From Polyangiaceae bacterium (GTDB lineage: Bacteria > Myxococcota_A > Polyangia > Polyangiales > Polyangiaceae), in NCBI GenBank assembly GCA_044376115.1, contig JBILLK010000027.1, forward strand, positions 77,566 to 141,565: DNA of 64,000 bases, read 5' to 3'. The notes under the pieces are model-generated. The model did not search any database, had not been told where the DNA came from, and was given only the letters and a program-made list of their open reading frames with translations. Position numbers and translations under genes: made by a program. The first letter of the stretch is position 1; each line of letters starts with the position of its first letter. Shown here in pieces: positions 42,682 to 51,798 of the stretch.

Positions 42682-43482
42682 TCAGTAGTGGGACCTCGGT
42701 GGTTGCCGATGTTCCAAGCTGGCGTCGCAACCGAAGTTGAAGTTTGCCCCGTGCGCGTAGCCGACGCTTCCGTTGGTGGCCACCTCGAGCGCAGCGCCGT
42801 AGGTCGACTCGAAGAACAGACAGCCGGATGGGCTGTAACGCACTCCGACGCGACCACCTACGCCAATAGCCGTGCTGCTTAGTGTGTTGGTTACCGTATT
42901 GTCTTCCTCCGAGCGCACGTCGATCCACAAGAGGTCCAACGCGGTCTCTTGTTCCACCACCAAATCGATAGGCCCTATTGGAAAGGTGCCTCCGGTGCCG
43001 GCCGCGATGGTGACGAAGGTGGGGCTCTCCAATTCACGCGGCAAGGATGAGGTCGGGCCGGGGCGAAAGTTGCCCGACGCTACGATGGTTTGCCCGCCAC
43101 TGACTTGAAAGAAGAAGGCTCGCCAAGCGCCCGTTGCAAACAGCGCACGGAAGCCCGCGCCGATGGCGACCAAGTCGGTCTCGAGCTCAATCGACTCGCC
43201 GTCTACTTCGCTGAAGGTCAACGTGGGGACGTTGATCGAGCGAGCAAACACGCCCATCCCGAGGCCTCCGCCAGTCTCGATTGGGAAGGGCTTGGCAGGT
43301 TCCTCGGGCTTGTCGACGGCGACGGTCGAGTTGAGCGAGACCGTTGCAGGTGCACTGGGCGTCGCAGTCGGTGCGGGGCCCGCAACCACTAACCCGCTAT
43401 CATCGGCGCGCGCTGCTTGCGGTAATAGCGCTGCACCTACCATCAGACCCATCACACTCGCCAGCCCACGCTTGCTCAGCAT
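42682..43482 (-). CDS. secreted/outer-membrane beta-rich hypothetical protein
   Basis: Signal peptide ending AARA; alternating amphipathic beta strands rich in Gly and aromatics. Confidence 0.6.
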   Translation of the reverse strand: MLSKRGLASVMGLMVGAALLPQAARADDSGLVVAGPAPTATPSAPATVSLNSTVAVDKPEEPAKPFPIETGGGLGMGVFARSINVPTLTFSEVDGESIELETDLVAIGAGFRALFATGAWRAFFFQVSGGQTIVASGNFRPGPTSSLPRELESPTFVTIAAGTGGTFPIGPIDLVVEQETALDLLWIDVRSEEDNTVTNTLSSTAIGVGGRVGVRYSPSGCLFFESTYGAALEVATNGSVGYAHGANFNFGCDASLEHRQPPRSHY

Positions 43483-43562
43483 GGTGCAAAGAACGCGCGC
43501 CCGGCCCGCTCCTTACACGCGTCATCCAACTGAACCGTGAGGCAGCGAGCCTCGAGCCTGCG

Positions 43563-44306
43563 TTACTCGAAGCGCAGCGTGATCGTATCTGCCGCAGGGT
43601 CCCACTCGGTTTGGGCGACGGCCGGCGTCCCGCTTACGATCGTGGCGCCACTCACGATGCACGAGCCGACGAGCCCTCCATCACAGTCGCAGATCGCCTC
43701 ACTGCAATCTCCGAGATCGGGATAACCGTCAGCGAGGAACACGAGCGGGCTGTTGGGAACGTCCCCCATCATGCAGCTCGGTTGTACGCAGCCTGGGTCG
43801 TTGTAACACTCGGCCGGCATCTCCTCCGGCGCGTAGATTTGTTTGACCCAACTGGTTGCGTAGGAGCCTCCCGGGTAAATCATGGTGACCACCGGCTGCG
43901 CGCAATCAGCAGCACAACCGCAGCTACCCAGAGCCAGGTTGACGCATGAAAGCTCACAGGATTGCAGCTCGGTTTTGACCGGGTCGCCACTCGGTGTTTC
44001 AGCGCGGTAACCAACGATGCTCGAGCAGCTTTGTTCGAGCCCGCCAATGTAGATCGGCTGCGCGCTGTCATTCTGCAGCACCACGGTCACGACTTGCTGC
44101 GGGGGATTATCAAGTTGCTGATACGCGCTGCAATCGGTGTTTCCGCCGGTGCCGCCGTTGCCAGCGGTTCCGCCGCCGGCGCCACCTTGCCCGCCGCTCG
44201 CGCCGGTTGCTCCACTCCCGCCGTCCCCGCCAGAGCCGTCTTCCACCTTGCTCTCACAACCAACGGCAAGACCAAGCACCATCAACCCAGCGAGCAGCGA
44301 CTTCAT
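43563..44306 (-). CDS. Cys-rich lipoprotein with Gly-rich linker
   Basis: GGGAGG RBS, LAVGC lipobox, many Cys. Confidence 0.75.
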   Translation of the reverse strand: MKSLLAGLMVLGLAVGCESKVEDGSGGDGGSGATGASGGQGGAGGGTAGNGGTGGNTDCSAYQQLDNPPQQVVTVVLQNDSAQPIYIGGLEQSCSSIVGYRAETPSGDPVKTELQSCELSCVNLALGSCGCAADCAQPVVTMIYPGGSYATSWVKQIYAPEEMPAECYNDPGCVQPSCMMGDVPNSPLVFLADGYPDLGDCSEAICDCDGGLVGSCIVSGATIVSGTPAVAQTEWDPAADTITLRFE

Positions 44307-44442
44307 GCGGCCTCCCTTATCACGAAGCGTGCCCGAGCTCCGCGCGTCCGCGAGCGGCTCGCAGCTCGACGCTTCTTGCGCTGTTCTGCGCGCGGCTCGG
44401 CCCGGAGTGCGACCTTACGGTCGCGGTGCGGCACAGCTTGTG

Positions 44443-44922
44443 TCAGCCGCGGCTGGGCTTCCAACTGCTGCCTAACCCCCGTTGCGCCGAGAGCCGTGCC
44501 ATCGCCTTCGGATTGAGAACCGTGTCCTCCTCGTCAGCTGCAAGCAGCGGAGGTTCGAGCGTTGGGACCTGTTGCATAAACTCGGCCCACTCGAACCGCG
44601 GCGCGACGGGCTCACCACGTTGGCTCGCGCGTTCAACATAGTCAACGCAGGCTTCGCTGTCCGACCAACGAAGCGCGCCCTCTCCGTCCCCCAGCGCTAC
44701 GAAGGGCCGCAGATCGAGCAGCTCAACCACCCGCCTCTCGCGCACCACCCACAGCCCCAGATCGCAGAGCAGCTCCTCCGGATCGAGCTCGGCGAGGTGA
44801 GCCTGCACGTCCTCCAGCGAGGTCGCACGGAGCTGCTTCGAAAGTGCGTCATTGGGCGCACCGAACTCAAGCTCGAGGACGTACCAACTGGGCTCAGCCA
44901 TCACCAAACGATAGCGCGCCAA
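44443..44922 (-). CDS. hypothetical acidic protein (alternative start 44901)
   Basis: Protein-like composition; fills the gap between neighbours. Confidence 0.5.
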   Translation of the reverse strand: MARYRLVMAEPSWYVLELEFGAPNDALSKQLRATSLEDVQAHLAELDPEELLCDLGLWVVRERRVVELLDLRPFVALGDGEGALRWSDSEACVDYVERASQRGEPVAPRFEWAEFMQQVPTLEPPLLAADEEDTVLNPKAMARLSAQRGLGSSWKPSRG

Positions 44923-44989
44923 GCGAGGCGATCCGAAGGCCCTTTCAACACCGCTGTGTTAGATATGCGAGATCCAGTTCGCCGCGCGT

Positions 44990-45547
44990 ATGCACCGATA
45001 CACCTATCGCGACTATGTGGCGCTCGAGCTTGAAAGCTCGACGAAGCACGAGTTCTTTCAAGGTGAGATTTATGCGATGGCCGGCGGCTCTGAAGAACAT
45101 TCGGCGCTCGCCGCCGAAGTGTTGCGGCTGCTTGGAAATGGGGTCGGTGAACGGCCTTGTCGGGTTCATACCTCTGACCTGCGCGTTTACGTCGAGGAAG
45201 TAGGCCTAGCTACGTTTCCCGATGGCTCAGTGATCTGCGGGCCGCTCGAACAACATCCAGAGAGCCCCAAAGCAACTGCCCTCAACCCGGTCTTGCTGCT
45301 CGAAGTTACAAGCGATTCCTCGGAGGAGTACGACACGACCACCAAGTTGGCTGCCTATCAATCAATTTCTACTCTACAGGACTATGTGATTGTCTCCCAC
45401 CGTGAACGTCGGTTAACCGTCTATCAAAGAGGCGCGGACGGCTCTTGGAAGAGTCAGGTGGCGCTCGCGAGCGGTCGAGTCCGAATCCAGTGTCTCGAGG
45501 CAGAGTTGCTAGTCAAGGACGTGTACCGTTTAAGTGGTATTGTGTGA
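44990..45547 (+). CDS. Uma2 family endonuclease-fold protein
   Basis: EFFQGEIYAMAGGS..H, FPDGSV, NPVLLLEVTSDS, K...Y motifs. Confidence 0.9.
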   Translation: MHRYTYRDYVALELESSTKHEFFQGEIYAMAGGSEEHSALAAEVLRLLGNGVGERPCRVHTSDLRVYVEEVGLATFPDGSVICGPLEQHPESPKATALNPVLLLEVTSDSSEEYDTTTKLAAYQSISTLQDYVIVSHRERRLTVYQRGADGSWKSQVALASGRVRIQCLEAELLVKDVYRLSGIV

Positions 45548-45652
45548 CGTTGTTGTGGCGGTGCCTCGGGCCCCTTTACGTAGCGGAATGAATTGACTAA
45601 CTCCGCCGTCACCGGGGCGGGCGACCCGTGCCGGCAAAAGAGGAATCAATTC

Positions 45653-46189
45653 ATGCGCAATCTATTCGTTGGACTCAGCTTCGTTTTGGCTCTCGGCTGC
45701 GGAGATGGCGGCGGCGCGGCTGCCTCCGGCAGTGCAGCGGCCTCGGCGAAGAAGAGCGCTGCTCCCAGCGCCTCCGCCAAGCCCTCCGCTGCCCCGGCCG
45801 CCTCCGCTGCGCCGACCGGCACCCCGGCCGGCAAGCCCGAGGTGCTCGCGACCTGCAATGATAAAGAAGCGGCGATCTGCAAGGAGTACGTGCTCTCGCT
45901 TGGCGTCACCGCTGAGGAGACCTGCTTGGGCCTCGAGAAGAAGGGCGTCTTCAAGAAGGGCTCCGAGCCCTGCACGCACGAGAACGCGCTCGGCACCTGC
46001 GAGGTTAAGCTCGGGGACGCCGGTGAGTTCCACCACTATTACAAGGCCGCAGGCTCTGACGCCGATAGCGCCAAGAAGAGCTGCGAGCTGAAGTCGGGCG
46101 TGTGGATCCCGGAGGCCGCCGGCGCCGCCAGCGCAGCCCCCTCGGCGAGCGCTGCTCCCGCTGCCAGCGCAGCCCCCGCAGCGAAGTAA
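45653..46189 (+). CDS. Cys-containing lipoprotein with Ala/Ser/Pro-rich tails
   Basis: GAGG RBS, LALGC lipobox, six-Cys core. Confidence 0.75.
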   Translation: MRNLFVGLSFVLALGCGDGGGAAASGSAAASAKKSAAPSASAKPSAAPAASAAPTGTPAGKPEVLATCNDKEAAICKEYVLSLGVTAEETCLGLEKKGVFKKGSEPCTHENALGTCEVKLGDAGEFHHYYKAAGSDADSAKKSCELKSGVWIPEAAGAASAAPSASAAPAASAAPAAK

Positions 46190-46202
46190 GGTCAATGCGG
46201 TA

Positions 46203-46228
46203 GCGGGCGCCCAGCTGGTGGCGCCCGC
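46203..46228. terminator. GC-rich hairpin between convergent genes (possible bidirectional terminator)
   Basis: GCGGGCGCC-N8-GGCGCCCGC perfect 9-bp inverted repeat; no U tract. Confidence 0.45.
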
Positions 46229-46247
46229 GGTCCGCGCCGCCTACGGC

Positions 46248-47615
46248 TTAACGCGTAGCTCGGCTTTCCCTCGCTCTCCGTAGTTCTTGGCGGGTCATCG
46301 GCCCGCGCAACAGCGAGAGAGCAAAGCGCGGTTGGATGATGGTGGGTGGGCCGGGGGAGTGGGCGTTGCGTACGACAAACGTCCGCGGTTGAAGTTGTCG
46401 TAGCAACGCGTTGTAGTCCTGCTCGTCGGAGCCTTGGGCGAGTTGCATACCCTCGACGACGCGAGCGCGGTCCGCATCCGTTTGCAGCCGGCCGATGCAC
46501 CAGAGCCCAGCGTTGCTCAGCGCCCGATAGTCCAAGTCCATCGGGTTTTGCGTCGCCAGAACGACGCCCACACCAAACGCTCGTGCCTGCTTCATCAGCG
46601 ACACGAGCGGCTTCTTCGTAGCCGGTGAAGCAGGGTAAGGCGGTAGAAATCCATACACCTCGTCGAAGACCACGAGCGCCTGCAGTGATTGGGACCCGGG
46701 TAAGCCGCGCACCCACGACAAGACCTCTTCCAACAAAACCCCGAGCACGAGTTCACGCTCCTCGTCGTCAAGGTGCGCCACACTCACGATGGTCGCTGGC
46801 GTACGGCCGTCTCGTCGCGACATCCACGCTGCGAGGTCCAAGGTCGCGCCCTCCCGCCAGCTCGCAAACGTTGGTGACGCTAACAGCGTATTCAGCGCAG
46901 CGGCGAGTTCACGTCGGGCCTTCTTCGAGATGAATCGGTCGAGCGGTAACGCACCGATCTTCTCGATCGGCGCATGCTCCAGATCACCCAGCAGCGCCTC
47001 AATGTCTGCTGTTTGTTTGTTGATGAGACGACGCTCTGCGAGCACGGCCAAGAGCACATGTTCACGACTCTTGGCCGGGTCCCCCTCGCGCCCGACCAAG
47101 CGGAGCACGAGTGAGATTGCGGCGCTCAACGTCGCGCGAGCGCTTTCCACATCGTCGTCCCAACGCGGAGAGCGGCGCTCCAAGGACGACAAAACATGAA
47201 GCAGCTCCCCGGCTGAGGTCCCCGGGGTAATGACGCGAACGTCGATCGCTGCATCGTAGTTTTGGATGCCCGACGGAGTTATGCCCCATTGGGCGAGTGA
47301 ACTCCGCCGAGCTTCCAGCCGAGCCTCAGCGAGCTGCCGCTGCTCTTCGCGGCTCGCTCCACGTGGCATCTCCAACCACGGAGCGAGCTCCTCCGCCGTG
47401 AATTGCGGCAAGGTCAAAAGCAGGTTGGGGAGGTCCCCCTTAACGTCCACCATGAGCACAGGAATCTCATTGCGGAGCGCCTCCTCGACCATGACGGTCA
47501 AAAGACCCGTTTTCCCGCTACCGGTCATACCAAGGATCACTCCATGAGTTACCAGGTGATGGGCCTGGAGTTCAAATGCGCCCGCGCGATCGGCACCAAG
47601 AAACAGGGCTGTCAT
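46248..47615 (-). CDS. HerA/FtsK-superfamily ATPase (DUF87/DUF853-like)
   Basis: THGVILGMTGSGKT Walker A, DVKGD, VVFDEVYG Walker B, KQARAFGVGVVLATQNP. Confidence 0.88.
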   Translation of the reverse strand: MTALFLGADRAGAFELQAHHLVTHGVILGMTGSGKTGLLTVMVEEALRNEIPVLMVDVKGDLPNLLLTLPQFTAEELAPWLEMPRGASREEQRQLAEARLEARRSSLAQWGITPSGIQNYDAAIDVRVITPGTSAGELLHVLSSLERRSPRWDDDVESARATLSAAISLVLRLVGREGDPAKSREHVLLAVLAERRLINKQTADIEALLGDLEHAPIEKIGALPLDRFISKKARRELAAALNTLLASPTFASWREGATLDLAAWMSRRDGRTPATIVSVAHLDDEERELVLGVLLEEVLSWVRGLPGSQSLQALVVFDEVYGFLPPYPASPATKKPLVSLMKQARAFGVGVVLATQNPMDLDYRALSNAGLWCIGRLQTDADRARVVEGMQLAQGSDEQDYNALLRQLQPRTFVVRNAHSPGPPTIIQPRFALSLLRGPMTRQELRRARESRATR

Positions 47616-47631
47616 GATCTACTCCCAATGC

Positions 47632-48492
47632 TCAGAACGGTTTGGACGGTGCAACGGGCGCGATGGGAAGGTTGGGCGTCTCTGGCGTGGCTGGAGCTGG
47701 CTCCCCCTGTGCAACGCTTGGTTCTTCAGCGGGGCGATCTCCACGCTTGCCTTTGCCGCGAATGAAGAGGGAGGGGACAATCAACTGCGCATCGCCATCG
47801 TGAAAGCGCAGATAGTCAATCACACGCTCGAGTTCGCGGTAGGCGCGATAGGCCACATTCCATGCCGCCAGCCGAATGAGCTGGCTCGACTCGGTTTTTG
47901 CCTCGACCTGGTTTGACTCGGCAAGGGCTGCAACAAGTTGATCCGCCGCTGCGAGCGCATCTTCCACATGTTGGCTCTGTCCGCCGATCTGTGGCCCAAC
48001 CACGCCCCAATTGGCCAGAAAAACGGTGGCGATGGCTCGAACGTCTTGCACCATCGCGTTGTAACTGGACGTGCCCTCGAGCTTGATTGAGCCCTCGGCC
48101 AGTATGCCGCGGAGCTGCACAAGCTCGAGCTCGGTCACCAGCACTTTGCGCGTACGGCGTAGCTCCTCCACCAATGCGTCCGTTGGCTTGGGGCCCTCGA
48201 GTTGCCACGCGAGCAGAGCATTGGCGTAGCCGAGCCCAAGTGCGTAAGGCTCGAGCTTGTTGATCATGTCGTGGTCGCAGAACGGTAACTTCTCGATCGA
48301 CTCTCGATACGGCGCTGCGTTCAGTACAGCGGTAAGCATGGTCCGTACCGCCAAGCCAGGGTCGATATTCAGAGGGGTCAATGTCCCGCGCGAGGCCGCT
48401 ACGAACTCGGCTTTGCATTTCTCATACGCGACCGCGCTTTTTGACGATGAGATCAGTTGAGCGTTCTGCGTGCTTGTTTGATTCGGTTCCAT
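47632..48492 (-). CDS. predicted all-alpha hypothetical protein, likely co-transcribed with the HerA-like ATPase
   Basis: AAGGGA RBS before the ATG at 48492; 16-bp gap containing a GGGAG RBS before the ATPase. Confidence 0.75.
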   Translation of the reverse strand: MEPNQTSTQNAQLISSSKSAVAYEKCKAEFVAASRGTLTPLNIDPGLAVRTMLTAVLNAAPYRESIEKLPFCDHDMINKLEPYALGLGYANALLAWQLEGPKPTDALVEELRRTRKVLVTELELVQLRGILAEGSIKLEGTSSYNAMVQDVRAIATVFLANWGVVGPQIGGQSQHVEDALAAADQLVAALAESNQVEAKTESSQLIRLAAWNVAYRAYRELERVIDYLRFHDGDAQLIVPSLFIRGKGKRGDRPAEEPSVAQGEPAPATPETPNLPIAPVAPSKPF

Positions 48493-48652
48493 GCCAGTCG
48501 TCCCTTTCGACAAAGGCGAGCCCCACGGTCTATTGCCGCCTTGAGACCCGCTGGTTTTCTCAACGCCCTGCATGCGCAGGGAAGCTCCGACGCCACCAAC
48601 GCCTGGCGCGCCGTCTCTCGTTATGGATGTCGCTTTTGGGGCTTCTCAGCGC

Positions 48653-48916
48653 TCAACTATTTTTGCGTGATCGTTCGCGGCCAGGTTTAGGCTTCGCGGT
48701 AAGCCGACATTGCGTGAGGAATAACGAATCCGACGTCCACGCCTTCACCGCAGGGTCACGCGGTAGCGTTTCACTCGCATCGCGCTGCTGCTCGTCGAGC
48801 ACGAGCGCCTTCATCAGGTCGGCGTAGCGAGCATCAAAGAGCAAGTCGGTCTCCAACAAGACGGTGAAGAACGCCTGCTCGTCTGCGCTGAGCAGGTCCC
48901 TTTCTAGATATCGAGC
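48653..48916 (-). pseudogene. possible gene remnant (88-codon open frame without a convincing start)
   Basis: Protein-like translation RYLERDLLSADEQAFFTVLLETDLLFDARY...; in-frame TGA immediately upstream. Confidence 0.25.
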
Positions 48917-48993
48917 TCAGCTGACCAAGCCGCTCCTTCTTTCTTTTAGGCTTGGTGCGCGTTCTTCACGCGGAGCGAATATCTGGGCCGCCA

Positions 48994-49232
48994 GAGCAGA
49001 TGGTTTGCTCCCGGTCGCCGAAAAGTTCGTTGCGAGGCAGATGGTTTGCTCCCGGGCAGCGAGAAGTTTGCTCTGGAGCGGATGGTTTGCTCCCGGACGC
49101 CGAAAAGTTCGTTGTGAAGCAGATGGTTTGCTCCCTGGCGGCGGGAAGTTTGTTCTGAAGCAGATGGTTTGCTGCTGGACGCTGAGAAGTTTGTTTGGAG
49201 CAGATGGTTTGCTCCGGAGAGGCTAGAAGATG
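48994..49232. repeat. non-coding 41-bp tandem repeat array, ~6 units, core GCAGATGGTTTGCTCC
   Basis: Units start at 48994, 49035, 49076, 49117, 49158 and 49198. Confidence 0.92.
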
Positions 49233-49391
49233 GCGCTCACGCGCTTCGCTAGAGTAGCTCCCATCGGCGTGCCCACTTTGGCTAGCTAGACGCAGCAGCC
49301 GAAAAAAAAGCGAGCGCGTCTGCAAATAGGTGAGCACTGCGGAGGGCCGGCGGTGATGTACCAGTATGCACTCGCCATTCACGAGCCCGTC

Positions 49392-51773
49392 ATGACCCGG
49401 TCACCCTTCCAACTTCTCCTAGCGACAGCTGCTTTGCCGGTGCTTCGGCTGAAGGCGCGCGAGCGGCTCAACCAGCCGACCCGAGTCGATTTGACGCTGG
49501 ATTCGGATGCAGCCGCTGATCTGAGGCTGGGTATGCAAGCTACGGCCGCGATTGACGGCAGCCCGCTCGGCGCTCGCTTCTTTCACGGCATCGTTACACG
49601 TGTGGGCCGCGGTCAAACACAAACTGAGGTGCGGGTCGAGGCTCGGCTTGCTCGCTTACGCGGACGGAAGACGCATCGTATCTTCCACGATTGCTCGCAC
49701 CTGGAGGTGGTAAAGCGGCTGCTCGAGGAGCACAGGATCCCGCTGCGACTACGCATCACACGAAGTTATCCGAAGGCGCCTCATCTCATTCAACGCGGGG
49801 AATCAGATCTTGAGTTCGTCGAGCGCTTGTTAGCCGAGGCCGGCATCTTCTATTTCTTTGATCACACCCAACAGACGGGTCGAGACCTCGACACCACGAA
49901 CCTGGGAGAGGGCGAGATCGTCGTGCTTGCGGATTCGGCTTCAGCGTACTCCGTGCTAACCGGGAGTCCGTTGCATCAGCGCGCTGCCCAAACAGGAGCT
50001 GTTCGTGACGATCAGGCGCTCGTGGGGCTCGTGGATCAGCGCTCCTCGCGTGTTGAACGCGTGCTGTCTGTGGGGCGGACGTTCTCGACGCCAACCAAGA
50101 GGATTTTCAGCGACTCAACCCTGGATCCAAGCGTGTTAGCGGAGCCGCCGCCCTTCCCACGAGACAGCCAGCGCAGCATCGCGATCGAGCATCTATTCGA
50201 GGCTGACGACGCACCCGTTTCGCCTTCAAGAGCGCGGGATCGACTCGAAGGCGAACAGGCTCGAGCGAGGACCTTGCGCGCACGTTCGACCAATCCGCAC
50301 CTTATGCCGGGGCGACGCTACGCGCTCGCCGAGGCGCTCCTCGATGATACGCCGACCGAGCTCGTCGTCTTGGAGGTTCGCCATGACGCCGATGCTGAGC
50401 GCAAAGACGAGTTCTATCGCAATGACTCGCTTTCGACCGACTCCGCAGTCGTGCACCGAAGACGCATGCCTCAGCGCCGAGCGGCGCCGCTCGAGACTGC
50501 GACCGTGGTGGGACCAAACGGTGCGGAGCTGCATACCGACGGGCACGGTCGAGTCCAGGTGCAATTCCATTGGGACCTCGAGCGCGAGGCGCCGAGCGCT
50601 TGGGTCCGCGTAGCGCAAAGCTGGAGCGGCGCTGGGTTCGGCGCGAACTTCTTGCCTCGCGTGGGGACGGAGGTGCTCGTTGGGTATGTGGGTGGCGATC
50701 CGGACCGGCCGATCATCCTCGGTGCGCTGCACAATGCTCTATCGCCGCCTGCCTTTGGCCACGGTGCAGAGGCTGACAGGAGCGGGATCCGCACGCGCTC
50801 GACTCCAGGCGGAGTTGGCTACCACGAGCTCGTGTTCGACGATCGTGCAGGGCGCGAGCGCGTCGGGCTGCGTAGTCAGCGCGATCTCTCTGTGCAGGCG
50901 CTGGGAGATACGCTGATCGAGCTGAACGGGATGCACACCGAGACCATCGGGGGATCCTCGTCGACGACGATTGCTGGTTCGGCAAGCTCGCTTGTTGGCA
51001 ACGCTCGGGTGGAGCACACAGGAGCGGATCGGTCCGCGCGCGTAGGAGCGCATGACCGCTTGGTGGTGGGCGGAGACTCATCGACGAGCGTAGCGGGTTG
51101 CTCAACGCTGGAGGTCCTTGGCGTCAGTGCAACGACCCGCATCGCCGGCAGCCGTCACACGTTTGTTGGCGTGGGGCAGGCGGGTGGTTCGGAGGTCGTC
51201 GCATCGATGTCGGATATCCAGCTCAGCGCTGGTCGATCGATTGACCTCAGCGCCGTTGATAGCGTGAATCTCCGCTGCGGGCGTTCGACGATTCGCATGA
51301 CGCCCGATGGGATCTTTCTCGAGGCCGATCGGATTGAGACCCACGCAACGGAGAGCGCACACATGTTCCACGGTGACGAGCGAAGGCAAGTATGGGCCTC
51401 CGACGGCGCCTTCACCGTAAGCACCGACGTGATCAAGCTCGCGAGCAAAGGAGCCAGCCTCGTGCTCGACGCTGAGGCCAAACTCGATGGCGCGCTGGTC
51501 AAGCTCAACTGCGGCGCGAGCTCCGCCGGCGGCGCAGCACAGGGCACGGTCAACGACTCTGGCGAGGCCGTGTTCGAGCTCGATCCGAGCTCCGTACCCA
51601 CGGGCAGCGGACCGTACACCTTCCGCATTCTCGACCCGAACGGCGAGGTGTTGAGCCGGGACCTGATGCCCGGAGGGCAGGTGCGCCTGCAAGGCAAGCC
51701 TGGTCAGCGCTTCGTCCTTGACCAAGTGCGGCTGGGCCAGCGCCTCATACCGTTCCGAAAGTCGAAGAGCTGA
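49392..51773 (+). CDS. vgrG: divergent VgrG with short C-terminal beta extension
   Basis: QRGESDLEF, EAGIFYFFDH, TDGHGRVQVQFHWD, WVRVAQ, PRVGTEV, GDPDRP. Confidence 0.88.
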   Translation: MTRSPFQLLLATAALPVLRLKARERLNQPTRVDLTLDSDAAADLRLGMQATAAIDGSPLGARFFHGIVTRVGRGQTQTEVRVEARLARLRGRKTHRIFHDCSHLEVVKRLLEEHRIPLRLRITRSYPKAPHLIQRGESDLEFVERLLAEAGIFYFFDHTQQTGRDLDTTNLGEGEIVVLADSASAYSVLTGSPLHQRAAQTGAVRDDQALVGLVDQRSSRVERVLSVGRTFSTPTKRIFSDSTLDPSVLAEPPPFPRDSQRSIAIEHLFEADDAPVSPSRARDRLEGEQARARTLRARSTNPHLMPGRRYALAEALLDDTPTELVVLEVRHDADAERKDEFYRNDSLSTDSAVVHRRRMPQRRAAPLETATVVGPNGAELHTDGHGRVQVQFHWDLEREAPSAWVRVAQSWSGAGFGANFLPRVGTEVLVGYVGGDPDRPIILGALHNALSPPAFGHGAEADRSGIRTRSTPGGVGYHELVFDDRAGRERVGLRSQRDLSVQALGDTLIELNGMHTETIGGSSSTTIAGSASSLVGNARVEHTGADRSARVGAHDRLVVGGDSSTSVAGCSTLEVLGVSATTRIAGSRHTFVGVGQAGGSEVVASMSDIQLSAGRSIDLSAVDSVNLRCGRSTIRMTPDGIFLEADRIETHATESAHMFHGDERRQVWASDGAFTVSTDVIKLASKGASLVLDAEAKLDGALVKLNCGASSAGGAAQGTVNDSGEAVFELDPSSVPTGSGPYTFRILDPNGEVLSRDLMPGGQVRLQGKPGQRFVLDQVRLGQRLIPFRKSKS

Positions 51774-51798
51774 CGGCCAGAGAGAAGGAGACCGAGCG

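Noticed and set aside
44990..45547. Restriction-modification system
   Set aside because: Uma2 genes are commonly solitary and no methyltransferase is nearby.
48994..49232. CRISPR array
   Set aside because: The 41-bp period is too short, the inter-core sequences are related to each other rather than unique spacers, and there are no cas genes.
48864..49382. ORFs across the repeat array (48864..49226, 48952..49158, 48966..49382)
   Set aside because: The period is not a multiple of 3 and the translations shift phase with each unit, so these are chance ORFs.
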